Notes under the pieces: generated by a model
Database searches by the model: none
Told to the model about the DNA's origin: nothing
What the model saw: only the letters and a program-made list of their open reading frames with translations
Translations under genes and position numbers: made by a program
From: an uncultured Nitrospiraceae bacterium
GTDB lineage: Bacteria; Nitrospirota; Nitrospiria; Nitrospirales; Nitrospiraceae
NCBI GenBank assembly: GCA_963846575.1
Contig: CAWJWJ010000001.1
Location: 384,001 to 448,000, forward strand
DNA length: 64,000 nucleotides
Direction of reading: 5' to 3'
In this document: piece after piece, positions 10,895 through 21,469 of the stretch
How the letters are laid out: every line of letters begins with the position of its first letter
How positions within the stretch are numbered: position 1 is the stretch's first letter

Positions 10895-11107
10895 ATGGAC
10901 TTGAAATGGAGCGATACGGAAGAACTGGCGATACGATTAGTGGAGGCTCACCCCGCCACGGATCCTCTGACCGTGCGTTTTACCGATATGCACGCTTGGA
11001 TCATTGCGCTCCCAGAGTTTAAGGATGATCCTAAGAAATCAAATGAGAAGACTCTCGAATCCATCCAAATGGCCTGGCACGAAGAGTATCAGGATTCATT
11101 GTCTTGA
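10895..11107 (+). CDS. iscX: Fe-S assembly protein IscX
   Basis: LKWSD...HP..DP..VRFTDMH..I..L..F.DDP pattern, 70 aa. Confidence 0.93.
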   Translation: MDLKWSDTEELAIRLVEAHPATDPLTVRFTDMHAWIIALPEFKDDPKKSNEKTLESIQMAWHEEYQDSLS

Positions 11108-11233
11108 TGACCTGGTGAAGCCTCTCCTGCCGATCAACTCGGCGCAGAACCCCACACATCACTCCGGCTTGCAGGCGGTGCCGCAGGTCAGGGCACGCCA
11201 CCTTCGAACAGGAAATCTACTTGGCTTCCTCGC

Positions 11234-13642
11234 CTAGGGCTCGACAGGGGCAGGCAAAGGACTTATCGGAACACCTTCCGGGATTTGATCGAGCTTGTAG
11301 AAGTCCGTGGCGTCGATCTTCGATCCGGCACGTTTGGTTGGTTCGGTCCCTTTGGTAAAGAGCTCAACGGTTCCGTGCTGTTCATCTTGGTCGGTCAAAA
11401 GAGCGGTCGCGGGATCGACCTTTACAAACATAACGCCGTCAGGGATCTCAAAGGGCACCACGGGCAGCTGCTTCAGGGCCTCCTTCATGAACGCTGCCCA
11501 AATCGGAAGCGCCGCATGCGCGCCCGATTCTGTCTCACCCAGCGGACGGCGGTCATCGAAGCCGACCCACGTTCCCGCCGCCAAGTTGGGAGTCGCACCG
11601 ATGAACCAGGCATCGGTGAAGTCGTTGGTCGTCCCGGTTTTTCCAGCCACAGGCCGTTCAATTGCGGCCTTAGCTGCCACCCCTGTACCGCGCTGGATGA
11701 CGTCCTCCATCATATTGGTAATCAAGTACGCCGTCTCACGCGACACCACCTGCCTGGGCTGCACGGCAGTCTGATCCAAAGTTCGGCCACCGCTGTCCTG
11801 CACGCTTGCCACCGCATAGGGCTCGACGCGCATGCCCTGGTTAGCAAACACGCCATAGACTGACACCAGTTCCATCAACCCCACGCCCGAGGAACCCAGT
11901 GCGAGGGAAAGATCCGCTGCCAGAGGGCTCACAACGCCGACCGTCCGCGAAAAGTCGATCACGTTCCTAATGCCGACCTTGTCCAGTAGACGGACAGTGG
12001 CCAGATTATGTGAATGAATCAAAGCCTCTCGCAGGCTCACAATGCCATGGAATCGCTTGCCGTAATTTTCTGGCTTCCAAGTCTTATCTTCTTCCTCCTG
12101 TTCGTACACAACGGGGGCGTCCAATACGACCGTAGCCGGACTCATGCCTTGATTCATCGCAGCGGCATAGATAATCGGTTTGAATGCCGATCCCGGCTGG
12201 CGACGAGCCAGAACAGCTCGGTTATACTCACTGCGGGTAAAATCATATCCGCCGACCATGGCGCGGATAGCGCCGGTCTTAGGATCGAGGGCAAGTAGCG
12301 CACCCTCGGTGACCGGCGTCTGCTCCAATCGTAGATGTATCGTATCCTTTTCCAGCTTTTTAACGCCCACCTCGATGACATCGCCCGGCGTCAGAAGCTG
12401 CTTGAGGTTCTTGACCGTAACAACGTCTTTGTTAGGATCCTTGCCCTTCAGGTATTTAGACGCCCACCCCATGTCGTCGAACGAGAGCCGACCCGTGCTG
12501 CCTCCGATTTGAACGAGCACATGATCCTTGGCAGTTTTTATCACCACCCCTTCCATTACATCCCCCTCTGCCAGCTTCACGGAGGGATCAGGGGCCGGGA
12601 CTTCCATGGTCGTGAGATCGACGGTGCGAATCGGCCCTCGCCAGCCCTGACGCTTGTCTATCTCCCGTAACCCGTTGAAGACGGCTGCTTCCGCAACCTT
12701 TTGCATGTCGCCATTCAGGGTGGTGAACACTTCCAATCCGCCCTTGTAGACCATGGCCTCACCGAATTTCGCTACCAACAACTGGCGGATATACTCAACA
12801 AAATAGGGCCCTAAATGCTCGCTTCCGGGACGGCGGAAGTTCAGTTTTTCACCGACCGCCTGTTCGCGATCAGCCCGGCTGATAAAGCCCGCCTCTTCCA
12901 TACGCCCCAACACGTGCTCTTGTCGTCGCTTCGCCCGGTCATAGGCCTTAAACGGCGAATAGTGGCTCGGCGATTTAGGGAGTCCGGCCAGGAAGGCGAC
13001 TTCCGCCAAGCTCAACTTGGGAAGCTCCTTGCCGAAATAGGTCTGACTCGCCGCCGCCACGCCATAGGCGCCCTGACCAAAATAGATTTGATTCAAATAC
13101 ATTTCCAGGATCTGTTCCTTGGTCAGCACCAATTCCATCTTGTAGGCCAGAATCAGCTCGCGAAGTTTGCGGTCAAAAGTCCGCTCCGCGGAAAGAAACA
13201 AGGAACGTGCGAGCTGCTGTGTAATGGTGCTTGCGCCTTCAACCCTCCGCCCGCCATGGCGAATGTTGGTCCATGCCGCCCGCAGGATGCCGACGATGTC
13301 TAACCCAGGATGTTCGAAAAACCTCGCATCTTCAGTTGCAATCACGGCCCGAGTCAGGCTTTTGGGGATGTCCTGCAGAGGCCTGAGGAACCGCCGTTCG
13401 ATGAAAAATTGGCCGATAACTTGGCGGTCATCGGAGTAGACTCGAGTGACTAGACTCGGCTGATAATTTTGCAGAGGCTCTAGCGAGGGGAGATCTTGAG
13501 AAAAATACCAGAGGATGCCCGCCGCGCCGCCGCCGCCGAGCACCAGGGCCAGCAGGAGCCCGATTAACGTGACCTTCCACCAGCGCCAACGACGGCGAGG
13601 CTTCTCCGGCTTATCGAGTAAGTGATCGAATTCGGATGACAT
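11234..13642 (-). CDS. mrcA: Penicillin-binding protein 1A (transglycosylase/transpeptidase)
   Basis: N-terminal TM, EDARFFEHPG, GASTITQQL, RQPGSAFKP (SxxK), SHN, KTG; start codon uncertain. Confidence 0.93.
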   Translation of the reverse strand: MSSEFDHLLDKPEKPRRRWRWWKVTLIGLLLALVLGGGGAAGILWYFSQDLPSLEPLQNYQPSLVTRVYSDDRQVIGQFFIERRFLRPLQDIPKSLTRAVIATEDARFFEHPGLDIVGILRAAWTNIRHGGRRVEGASTITQQLARSLFLSAERTFDRKLRELILAYKMELVLTKEQILEMYLNQIYFGQGAYGVAAASQTYFGKELPKLSLAEVAFLAGLPKSPSHYSPFKAYDRAKRRQEHVLGRMEEAGFISRADREQAVGEKLNFRRPGSEHLGPYFVEYIRQLLVAKFGEAMVYKGGLEVFTTLNGDMQKVAEAAVFNGLREIDKRQGWRGPIRTVDLTTMEVPAPDPSVKLAEGDVMEGVVIKTAKDHVLVQIGGSTGRLSFDDMGWASKYLKGKDPNKDVVTVKNLKQLLTPGDVIEVGVKKLEKDTIHLRLEQTPVTEGALLALDPKTGAIRAMVGGYDFTRSEYNRAVLARRQPGSAFKPIIYAAAMNQGMSPATVVLDAPVVYEQEEEDKTWKPENYGKRFHGIVSLREALIHSHNLATVRLLDKVGIRNVIDFSRTVGVVSPLAADLSLALGSSGVGLMELVSVYGVFANQGMRVEPYAVASVQDSGGRTLDQTAVQPRQVVSRETAYLITNMMEDVIQRGTGVAAKAAIERPVAGKTGTTNDFTDAWFIGATPNLAAGTWVGFDDRRPLGETESGAHAALPIWAAFMKEALKQLPVVPFEIPDGVMFVKVDPATALLTDQDEQHGTVELFTKGTEPTKRAGSKIDATDFYKLDQIPEGVPISPLPAPVEP

Positions 13643-13806
13643 GGAGTTGGGTGATTGCGAGGAAAGAGGCAACCCGCTACCATGACACCATACAATGCCC
13701 CTCCAACAAACTCAAGCAAGCTTCAAACATCGGCCGATGCAGTCTTTGAAGAGAATTTCGCATCGACTTGTAGTAACGCATTCGAATCAGGTATACTCCA
13801 GCGGTT

Positions 13807-13838
13807 AAGACGCCTTCATAGGAAGGCGTCTTTTTTTT
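13807..13838 (+). terminator. Intrinsic-terminator-like hairpin in the typA leader
   Basis: Perfect 11-bp stem AAGACGCCTTC/GAAGGCGTCTT, loop ATAG, T8 run at 13831-13838. Confidence 0.7.
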
Positions 13839-13862
13839 GGCACTCTCACGGCATTGGAGATT

Positions 13863-15746
13863 ATGAACACCTCAGCGCCCTCATCCACAGCCCATGGTCT
13901 GCATGCGCCGCAAGGTCGTCGGACCGATATACGTAATATCGCCATCATCGCGCACGTCGATCACGGCAAAACCACTCTCGTTGACGCCGTGTTGCGCCAG
14001 ACCCACGTCCATCGCAAGATCGATGATATGGGCGAACGCATCATGGACTCAATGGATCAGGAACGTGAGCGCGGCATCACCATCCGGGCCAAAAATGCGA
14101 GCGTCACGTATAAGGGTGTAAAAATCAACATCGTCGATACGCCGGGCCATGCCGATTTCGGCGGCGAGGTCGAGCGTACACTCCGCATGGTGGACGGGGT
14201 CTTGATTCTCATCGATGCCAAGGAAGGCCCCATGCCGCAGACAACCTTTGTTCTGCGGAAGGCACTGGCCCTCGGCCATAAAGCAATCGTTGTCATCAAT
14301 AAAATCGACCGTCCCGATGCGGTCATCGACGATGTCGTCAATCGCACCTTCGATCTGTTCGTGCATTTGGGCGCCACCGACGAGCAACTCGACTTTCCCA
14401 TTGTCTATACCTCCGCCATCAAGGGCGTCGCGACCCTGGATTTGAAGGAACCGGGCACGGAGATCGCCCCGCTGCTTGAAACGATCCTTGAAAAGATCCC
14501 AGCGCCGGCCATCAACCGCGATGCCCCGTTCCAGCTTCTTGTCTTGGCCCTTGCGCAGGATTCCTATAAAGGGAAAATGGGGATCGGCAAGATTCAGTCA
14601 GGGTCGATCACACGGCGTCAGAACGTGGTGACTCTCACAAAAGACGGCGGACAGGTTGCCGGCAGGATTTCAGATCTCGCGGTTTTCTCGGGTCTTGACC
14701 GTAGCGATGTGGAAAGCGCCGAAGCCGGCGAGATCGTCGCGCTCTCCGGGCTGGAAGAAGTGAACATTGGAGACACGATTGCCGATCCGACGAATCCCAT
14801 CGCCCTTCCCCGGGTGACCATCGACGAACCGACTGTACAAATGACTTTTTCAGTGAACAATAGCCCCTTCGCCGGCCGCGAGGGCAAATATCTCACGTCG
14901 CGCCATCTGCGTGAGCGGCTGTTCAAGGAACTAGAAACCAACGTCTCGTTGCGCGTGCAGGAAACAGACAGCGCCGACCGTTTCCTCGTCGCAGGCCGCG
15001 GCGAACTCCATCTCGGAGTACTCATAGAGCAAATGCGACGTGAAGGTTATGAATTACAGATTTCCCAGCCCGAGGTGATTCTGCACAGGGACGGCGATCA
15101 GGTGACGGAACCCTTCGAAGAACTGACCATCCAAGTTCCCTCGGAATATCAGGGACCGGTCATCGAGGAAATCGGCAAGCGACGCGGAGAACTCCGGCAT
15201 ATGAAACTCGTGCATTCCGAGGGTACCGCCAGCGAAATGCATATCGAGTATCACATCCCCACACGCGGCATTATCGGTCTTAAAAACATCCTATTGGCCA
15301 AAACGCGCGGCACCGTCATCCTGCATCACGTATTCTCCGACTACGCTCCGGCTGACGAAAAGACGCTGCTGGTGGCACCGCACGGTTCCCTGGTGGCTTT
15401 TGAGGCCGGCACGAGCACCGCTTACGCGCTGTTCATGACACAGGAACGCGGAGAATTGTTCATCGGCGCGTCAGTCGAGGTCTATCAGGGCATGGTGGTC
15501 GGCCAGAACAGTCGCGATGAGGATCTGGACGTAAATGTGTGCAAGCAGAAACAATTGAGCAACATGCGCGCTGCCGGAACGGACGAAGCGCTGGTACTCA
15601 CCCCACCGCGTGAAATGTCTTTGGAATTCGCCATGGAATACATCGGCCAGGATGAACTTGTCGAAGTCACACCGAAACATCTCCGCCTTCGGAAACGGCT
15701 CTTGAACCCTGACGACCGCCGGAAAGCGAAAAAAAGCTCGAAGTAA
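13863..15746 (+). CDS. typA: Translational GTPase TypA/BipA
   Basis: [46 protein letters not shown]. Confidence 0.97.
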   Translation: MNTSAPSSTAHGLHAPQGRRTDIRNIAIIAHVDHGKTTLVDAVLRQTHVHRKIDDMGERIMDSMDQERERGITIRAKNASVTYKGVKINIVDTPGHADFGGEVERTLRMVDGVLILIDAKEGPMPQTTFVLRKALALGHKAIVVINKIDRPDAVIDDVVNRTFDLFVHLGATDEQLDFPIVYTSAIKGVATLDLKEPGTEIAPLLETILEKIPAPAINRDAPFQLLVLALAQDSYKGKMGIGKIQSGSITRRQNVVTLTKDGGQVAGRISDLAVFSGLDRSDVESAEAGEIVALSGLEEVNIGDTIADPTNPIALPRVTIDEPTVQMTFSVNNSPFAGREGKYLTSRHLRERLFKELETNVSLRVQETDSADRFLVAGRGELHLGVLIEQMRREGYELQISQPEVILHRDGDQVTEPFEELTIQVPSEYQGPVIEEIGKRRGELRHMKLVHSEGTASEMHIEYHIPTRGIIGLKNILLAKTRGTVILHHVFSDYAPADEKTLLVAPHGSLVAFEAGTSTAYALFMTQERGELFIGASVEVYQGMVVGQNSRDEDLDVNVCKQKQLSNMRAAGTDEALVLTPPREMSLEFAMEYIGQDELVEVTPKHLRLRKRLLNPDDRRKAKKSSK

Positions 15747-15783
15747 CCCTGCGCGGCACTCTGCGCTATAGCGTGTAGTCCGC

Positions 15784-16539
15784 ATGAAGATTCGGAAAAA
15801 AACTCCCAAGCCAGCCCAGGCGAAACCTCCGCTCTACCTGGTCGGGTATCACGACTTGTCGCCGTCCCTGGGGGAACTGGCGCGTTGGTACGATCTTCAG
15901 TACGGAGGCTCCCTCTCCTGCGTCGAGCGCGACCCTGGCCGCCCTATCAGCGCCACCCACGGACCCTGGCACGCACAGATCCTGATCGACCTGCCGGAGG
16001 CCGATGCGGCGCAATGGCACGGGATCTTATCCTGGGATCATCGCGCACTTGGAATGGTCTCGCCGGCCACTGCCCCACCTAGTACTATCACGGATACTGT
16101 TTTGCTGGCTGCCCGTCTCGCCCGCGGCATGACCTTACTCACCCAAGGCACTGCCTTCGACATCACCTGTCAGGAGTATCTCAACCCTTCGGACTGGAGT
16201 GATCGGCCATTGAATGACTTTGTGGTGCGCGATCATGTTTCCGTTCAACACAACGACACCGGTGGTCCCTCATCCGAATGGTTCCATACGCTAGGCATGA
16301 CAAAATTCGGCCTGGACGAATTGGAGGTGATCCAACCTCGTGGCCTCCCGGAGTCCGATACGATCTCCCTTCTCATGTCGGCAGCTCAGGGAGTATTGAG
16401 AGCAGGCCAGAATCAGAAGGTAGGAACTGTCCTGGACCTCCCCGCTCTGGCCCAGACGATTCGCTTCATCAAGCACCGTACAGCCGCACCAGCTGGTCGC
16501 ATGCTGGCCTTTCGAGAAATTACGACCGCACTTTTCTGA
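15784..16539 (+). CDS. Hypothetical protein (C-terminus DUF4261-like)
   Basis: 251-aa ORF; FHTLGMTKFGLDELE resembles the HTxGLxxFGLPDLE motif. Confidence 0.6.
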   Translation: MKIRKKTPKPAQAKPPLYLVGYHDLSPSLGELARWYDLQYGGSLSCVERDPGRPISATHGPWHAQILIDLPEADAAQWHGILSWDHRALGMVSPATAPPSTITDTVLLAARLARGMTLLTQGTAFDITCQEYLNPSDWSDRPLNDFVVRDHVSVQHNDTGGPSSEWFHTLGMTKFGLDELEVIQPRGLPESDTISLLMSAAQGVLRAGQNQKVGTVLDLPALAQTIRFIKHRTAAPAGRMLAFREITTALF

Positions 16540-16701
16540 CCGGAACCCCGTCACTATCAAACCATTCTTCCGTGTCGGATACATCCGGAGCGGTTGCCAG
16601 GCCGCACCTAGGTCTTTTGGCCCCGTTGACAAGGTTTTTCAAGGCGTGGTACCACAAAAAGGTTTTGCAGAGTCGAGTAGGTCTAACCTAGGAGGATCGC
16701 A

Positions 16702-17172
16702 ATGAGTGATGTGGCTGCAGAAATTAAAGTCGGCGATACCGCGCCGGATTTCACATTAAAAGATCAGGACCAGAAAGACGTGAAGTTGAGCGACTTCAAG
16801 GGAAAAAAGAATGTCGTCCTGGCGTTTTACCCGCTCGATTGGAGCCCGGTTTGTCAGGGTGAGAACAAATGTCTCACCGATGACTTCCCCCAATTTCAAA
16901 ATGCCAATTCAGAACTCTTCGGCATCAGCTGCGACAGCTTCTTCTCTCATAAAGCATGGGCGGATTCCCTGGATCTCAAGCATCGCCTGCTGTCCGACTT
17001 CAACCGGGAAGTGGTCAAGAAGTACGGCTTGTATTTTGAGCCGTTGAACTGCGGCAAGCGCGCAACGGTGATCGTCGATAAGAACGGCAAAGTTGCCTAC
17101 GTGAAAGTACAGGAAATCAAGGTGGCGCGGGACGACAAAGACATTCTCGCCGCCCTCGCAAAGCTGAGCTAA
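16702..17172 (+). CDS. Peroxiredoxin (AhpC/TSA, AhpE-like)
   Basis: [28 protein letters not shown]. Confidence 0.92.
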   Translation: MSDVAAEIKVGDTAPDFTLKDQDQKDVKLSDFKGKKNVVLAFYPLDWSPVCQGENKCLTDDFPQFQNANSELFGISCDSFFSHKAWADSLDLKHRLLSDFNREVVKKYGLYFEPLNCGKRATVIVDKNGKVAYVKVQEIKVARDDKDILAALAKLS

Positions 17173-17183
17173 TTTGCATGATG

Positions 17184-17227
17184 AAGACCGAGCGGTGAGG
17201 CCTCCGACCGGCCTTCCCTCGGTCTTT
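17184..17227 (+). terminator. Intergenic stem-loop (terminator or processing hairpin)
   Basis: AAGACCGAG (17184-17192)/CTCGGTCTT (17218-17226) with inner AGGCC/GGCCT stem. Confidence 0.45.
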
Positions 17228-17247
17228 GCCATAATTAAGGACACACG

Positions 17248-17583
17248 ATGACCGGCTTGGTGCAAGACGTCCGCGACGAGAACTACAAAGAATTTACCGA
17301 GAGCAAGGGAGCCGTCGTGGCTTACGGCCTGGCGACCTGCGAGCCTTGCAAACAGTACGATCCGATACTGGAAGAGACCGCCGCGAAGTTTCCGGACATT
17401 AAGATTGGGAAGGCTAAGATGCATGTCCCAGGCCGCTGCCGGGAAATTAAGAGGGCGCATGCATTTGAAACCTATCCCACTACTCACCTCTTTGCGAATG
17501 GCAAACTCCTCCTTACGCGAGAGGGGGTTGTCGAAGCAGCCGAACTAGCGGCCTTGATCTCCGACCATCTCATCAAGCAATAA
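17248..17583 (+). CDS. Thioredoxin family protein
   Basis: CEPC active site and cis-Pro-like YPT motif. Confidence 0.85.
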   Translation: MTGLVQDVRDENYKEFTESKGAVVAYGLATCEPCKQYDPILEETAAKFPDIKIGKAKMHVPGRCREIKRAHAFETYPTTHLFANGKLLLTREGVVEAAELAALISDHLIKQ

Positions 17584-17816
17584 CGCTGCCGCTCACTTGT
17601 GGCACTGCGCCACCCTCCGACCGTTGCAGCTCTCACATTCTCGCCCCGCGCGAACTCTCAAAGATTCCAGCGGCAGACAGAGACATGCCGCGGGCTGGGA
17701 GGAGGCTGCAGAGGCCTGGAACGACTGTCCTACACATTTTCTCCTGCTGGCAGGGTACAATACGCGCTGGCAGCCATAAATCGGGATCTCCTCGGCAGAC
17801 CACTCAACATCGACTG

Positions 17817-18686
17817 ATGCATATCAAGCTCTTCTTTACATGTGCCCTCGTGCTCTTGGGATGCTTGCTCTCTATGGCGCGCCTGGAAGCCTTCGGCCAG
17901 TCCCGTCCATACACATGGACGGCACAGCGCTTCTCCAGTCTCCCAGCCATGCAGCCCTTCGCGATTCTCGTCGGCACCCATCGCGAGCCGCCAATGGTGC
18001 TCATCCCCGCCGGCGAATTCGCCATGGGCAGCGACCGCGGCCAGGACGACGAGCAACCGGTCCATCGGGTAGTTCTCAAACCATTTTATCTGGACGCGCA
18101 CGAAGTCACCGTCTCACACTATGGCAATTTTCTGAACTCACAGAAACCTGATCCGCCCTTTAAGTGGAACGAAGCCATGACGGGAACTCAAGGCGACAAG
18201 CCCGTGATCGGAGTCAATTGGTACGATGCGCGCGACTATTGCCGCTGGGTAGGAAAGCGGTTGCCCACAGAAGCCGAATGGGAAATGGCGGCACGAGGGA
18301 ACGAAGGGCGTATCTATCCTTGGGGCAGCGACCACCCGACCAGGAGCCACGCCAATGCAGGGCATAGTAAATGGCATGGGTATGACACGCTCACCAACGT
18401 CGGGAAATACGAGCTGGGAAAAACTCCGAACGGGGTGTACGACCTGGCAGGGAATCTCTGGGAATGGGTCGCTGACTGGTACGATCCCATCTACTATCAG
18501 TTCAGTCCGCGCGACAACCCGGCCGGTCCTTCGGCGGGCCCCCTTCGGGCCCTGCGAGGAGGCGCTTGGAACAATGACTCCAAGACTATTCGGTCCGCCA
18601 ATCGAGCCGGATACGCGCCCAATACTCGGCGGAATGATGTAGGGTTTCGTTGTGCAAGAGATGCGACCCCGTCCGGCGCTCGCTAA
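17817..18686 (+). CDS. Formylglycine-generating enzyme (SUMF1/FGE-sulfatase) family exported protein
   Basis: Signal-like N-terminus, FAMGS, RLPTEAEWE, DLAGNLWEW, RGGAW, GFRCA. Confidence 0.9.
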   Translation: MHIKLFFTCALVLLGCLLSMARLEAFGQSRPYTWTAQRFSSLPAMQPFAILVGTHREPPMVLIPAGEFAMGSDRGQDDEQPVHRVVLKPFYLDAHEVTVSHYGNFLNSQKPDPPFKWNEAMTGTQGDKPVIGVNWYDARDYCRWVGKRLPTEAEWEMAARGNEGRIYPWGSDHPTRSHANAGHSKWHGYDTLTNVGKYELGKTPNGVYDLAGNLWEWVADWYDPIYYQFSPRDNPAGPSAGPLRALRGGAWNNDSKTIRSANRAGYAPNTRRNDVGFRCARDATPSGAR

Positions 18687-19441
18687 AATAGACGAGAGCT
18701 GAACGTCGAGGGTGTGGCGTCGGCGGTCCTCGTGACCTGATTCATACCTGTAGAGCGATCCGTAGCCCGCAAGCGGATCTTAAATACCACTCGTCGGCTC
18801 TTGTCCCGATCAAGGACCCGTGACTGGTCGAGGACGAGGTCCTGCCGCCCTCGACCGCTGGCGGAAGTCTTCTCCTGAAAACAGCGATAGGCCCAGGGCG
18901 CCGAATCCCGAATCACCGCAAGGCCCTTTACCATCACATTCAGGGAACGTTCCTGGCTCAACTTCAGATTGTAGATATCCGACCCGCGATCGTCGGTATG
19001 GCCCTCAATCACCAATGAATCGATCCGATTCCGTAATGTGCCGCACATGAGCATGGCATAACTCGGCATGGCCTCCCCTAGAAATCGATCTGCGACAGCC
19101 GTGAGCGACCCCTTGCCGAACTCGAAATTCAGCAGGGCCTCCGGCACCACGATTCTCAGGACATGAGGGTCGGCCGGGTCCGCATCGAGCGACAGATCGA
19201 AGCGTTGAAAATGATCGTGCAGCAAGGTCTTGATATCGTCGGTCGAGATCTTCGCCGCCTGCGGTGCCTGCACCGGGATCGGAGCTGGCATCTTAGCTTG
19301 CGACTCAGTTTCGGACACTTTGGTGACATACGCGCTGAAGAGCAAAATGAAAATGACCGCAAGGGAGGTCATCAAATCGGTTACCCCGATGGTGAGTACA
19401 GATGAAGGTCCTTGAGACTCAGGCAAGGGATGGGTGTTCAT
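18683..19441 (-). CDS. MotB/ZorB-like protein with OmpA peptidoglycan-binding domain
   Basis: Single TM with conserved Asp (TDLMTSLAVIFILLF), IEGHTD, NLKLSQERS, SRRVVFKI. Confidence 0.85.
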   Translation of the reverse strand: MNTHPLPESQGPSSVLTIGVTDLMTSLAVIFILLFSAYVTKVSETESQAKMPAPIPVQAPQAAKISTDDIKTLLHDHFQRFDLSLDADPADPHVLRIVVPEALLNFEFGKGSLTAVADRFLGEAMPSYAMLMCGTLRNRIDSLVIEGHTDDRGSDIYNLKLSQERSLNVMVKGLAVIRDSAPWAYRCFQEKTSASGRGRQDLVLDQSRVLDRDKSRRVVFKIRLRATDRSTGMNQVTRTADATPSTFSSRLF

Positions 19442-19442
19442 C

Positions 19443-20666
19443 CTAGACCGCGCCCTTCAAGGAAGCCCCTTGGCGCCAATTCGCAAACCAACGCAGCCCC
19501 AGCATGCAATCATCTGTCACCAGATCCTGGGCGGCCTGGGGAATGGCCGATTCTTCGAACGGAGTTGGCTCACATGCGGACTTGTCGGGTTTCTCCCGAT
19601 GATCGCCCTTGAGTTCATCCACGGAACGGGCCAGCGCCTGAATCGACTGATTCAATTCCTGAATCGGCGCGACCAGGGCCTGTTGCATCACTCTGGACAA
19701 GTCTTCTGCTAGTCGATCCGAAACTGCGGCGCGTGGCCCTGTGTCACGGCGGCCTAACAATTCAACGGCCTCCCGCAGCGCAGAGACCGTGGGGCTCAAT
19801 CGATCATTGAGTGTACTTACCAGTCGGTCGCCCAGATCCCCTGGTGCCGCGATTGATCCCTGCGGTCCGCCGGCTCCGGGCGTAAAGTTTTCGAGCATCT
19901 GCTCCATGGTTTTACGAGGGAACAGCTCATCCACCATTGTGACGAACTGCTGCTGTGTCGTCGCCAATCGATGCAGGGCTGACTTTTCAATCAGCACAAA
20001 CAGGTTAGCGCAGACCAACCCCACAATGGATGTTAAAAACTTACCCGCCAATCCGTTGATTAACCCCTGAATACCAACGATGTGGGAGCCATCCGCATGC
20101 AGCTTGCTCAAGCCGATTAAAATGGCCAGGAAGGTCAGGAGCAACCCAATGCCGGTAATCAACGATGGAAACTGATTATAAAAAGAAAGGTTCAACCGTC
20201 CATTCAGCAGGTCGCGCGGGAAAAAGTCAGCCGCCGTGCGTGTGGAGAAGACCCGGGGCTCTATGAACCACGCGGTCCTCTCCACCACGAACGTCTTCCG
20301 AAAATGCAACCAAGCCTGTTCAAGGCGAAGCTCTTGACGCATGGATTTATCCAGCGTCTGGAGATCATCTAAATCGGTCCGATCCGGACCAGAGCCAGAC
20401 TGAATTGTGGCTTTTTTGGGATCGCTCAGGCCAGGGATCGTTAACCAATCGGCTTGCAGGCCCTTACGGCTGCTGCTGAGTCGCGTGAGGATCGGCCACA
20501 CACGCGTATAGCATCCCTGAACAGTAGAGATGGCCGTGGTGAGCCGTCCGACATGCCACAGAAAAAAGGCCAGCAATCCACAGGACCCTAACCAGCTCAA
20601 CAGAGGGCTGTGGAGTCCCCCAATTAAAGCCACATCCTGGCTGAGAAACTCCCAAATGGACATCAT
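19443..20666 (-). CDS. MotA/ExbB/ZorA-like membrane protein with C-terminal helical tail
   Basis: TM1, large loop, PSLITGIGLLLTFLAILIGL (TM2), GLAGKFLTSIVGL (TM3), about 180-aa tail; coupled to the MotB-like gene. Confidence 0.8.
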   Translation of the reverse strand: MMSIWEFLSQDVALIGGLHSPLLSWLGSCGLLAFFLWHVGRLTTAISTVQGCYTRVWPILTRLSSSRKGLQADWLTIPGLSDPKKATIQSGSGPDRTDLDDLQTLDKSMRQELRLEQAWLHFRKTFVVERTAWFIEPRVFSTRTAADFFPRDLLNGRLNLSFYNQFPSLITGIGLLLTFLAILIGLSKLHADGSHIVGIQGLINGLAGKFLTSIVGLVCANLFVLIEKSALHRLATTQQQFVTMVDELFPRKTMEQMLENFTPGAGGPQGSIAAPGDLGDRLVSTLNDRLSPTVSALREAVELLGRRDTGPRAAVSDRLAEDLSRVMQQALVAPIQELNQSIQALARSVDELKGDHREKPDKSACEPTPFEESAIPQAAQDLVTDDCMLGLRWFANWRQGASLKGAV

Positions 20667-20874
20667 TGCGCAGCACCTCCGACTCGAAAAACAGCGACAG
20701 CCTTCAAGCCTGGGCTATTTCAACTTTCAGGCCAAGGTGCGCATCCGAGGGAGGCCCAATAAATCAGAGGGTTCTCTCCAGCGAACTTTCCCACGGGATG
20801 GGGGACTGGGTAAGAACTGCCGACTAGAGGAATCTTTCTGCAGCCCGCTTCGTCTCCTCCGCCTCGTGGTTCGC

Positions 20875-21309
20875 CTACTCGTCGATCGACGGCCCAAGCC
20901 CGAGCTGGGCTCGCAGCAAATCGTGCCGCGTGATGGACCGGACCACCTTGCCGTCCTGTACGACCGGTAAGATCTGAAATCCCATCTCAAACATACGTGC
21001 GACACAGCTAAGGGTGGTATCTTCTTTTACGCCAACGAAGGCAGAATTCATGATGTCTTGAGCTCGTGCCTGCTTAAGATCCAGCCCCTTATCGATTGCG
21101 CGGATCACGTCACCTTCATTAATAAACCCCAGGAACTCATAGTCTTCCCCAACCACGGGTGCGCCGCCCACATGGCTCGTGACCATTTCAATCGCGACAT
21201 CCATGGCACTGTCTTCCGGCTTGAATTGCCGGATGGTTGTCCCCACAATATCGCCTACCACACGATATCCCTCAGCCGGGTTGCCCGCCACATCGGTAAT
21301 GACCTTCAT
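20875..21309 (-). CDS. CBS domain pair protein
   Basis: GAPVV..GFINEGD and LPVVQDGKVV.SITRHDLL. Confidence 0.88.
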   Translation of the reverse strand: MKVITDVAGNPAEGYRVVGDIVGTTIRQFKPEDSAMDVAIEMVTSHVGGAPVVGEDYEFLGFINEGDVIRAIDKGLDLKQARAQDIMNSAFVGVKEDTTLSCVARMFEMGFQILPVVQDGKVVRSITRHDLLRAQLGLGPSIDE

Positions 21310-21469
21310 AACTTCCTCCCTTGTTGTCGGTGTGAGTGATCTATTAAAACGTATAACCGCTCACGAATCGATTCGGCACTGGGGAGACCCCTATAGGCTC
21401 AGAAGAGGACGCACGAAGCTTGTGGATTGGGGTGCCGGTCCTGTTTAATGACGATCAGACGGAGGCCAT

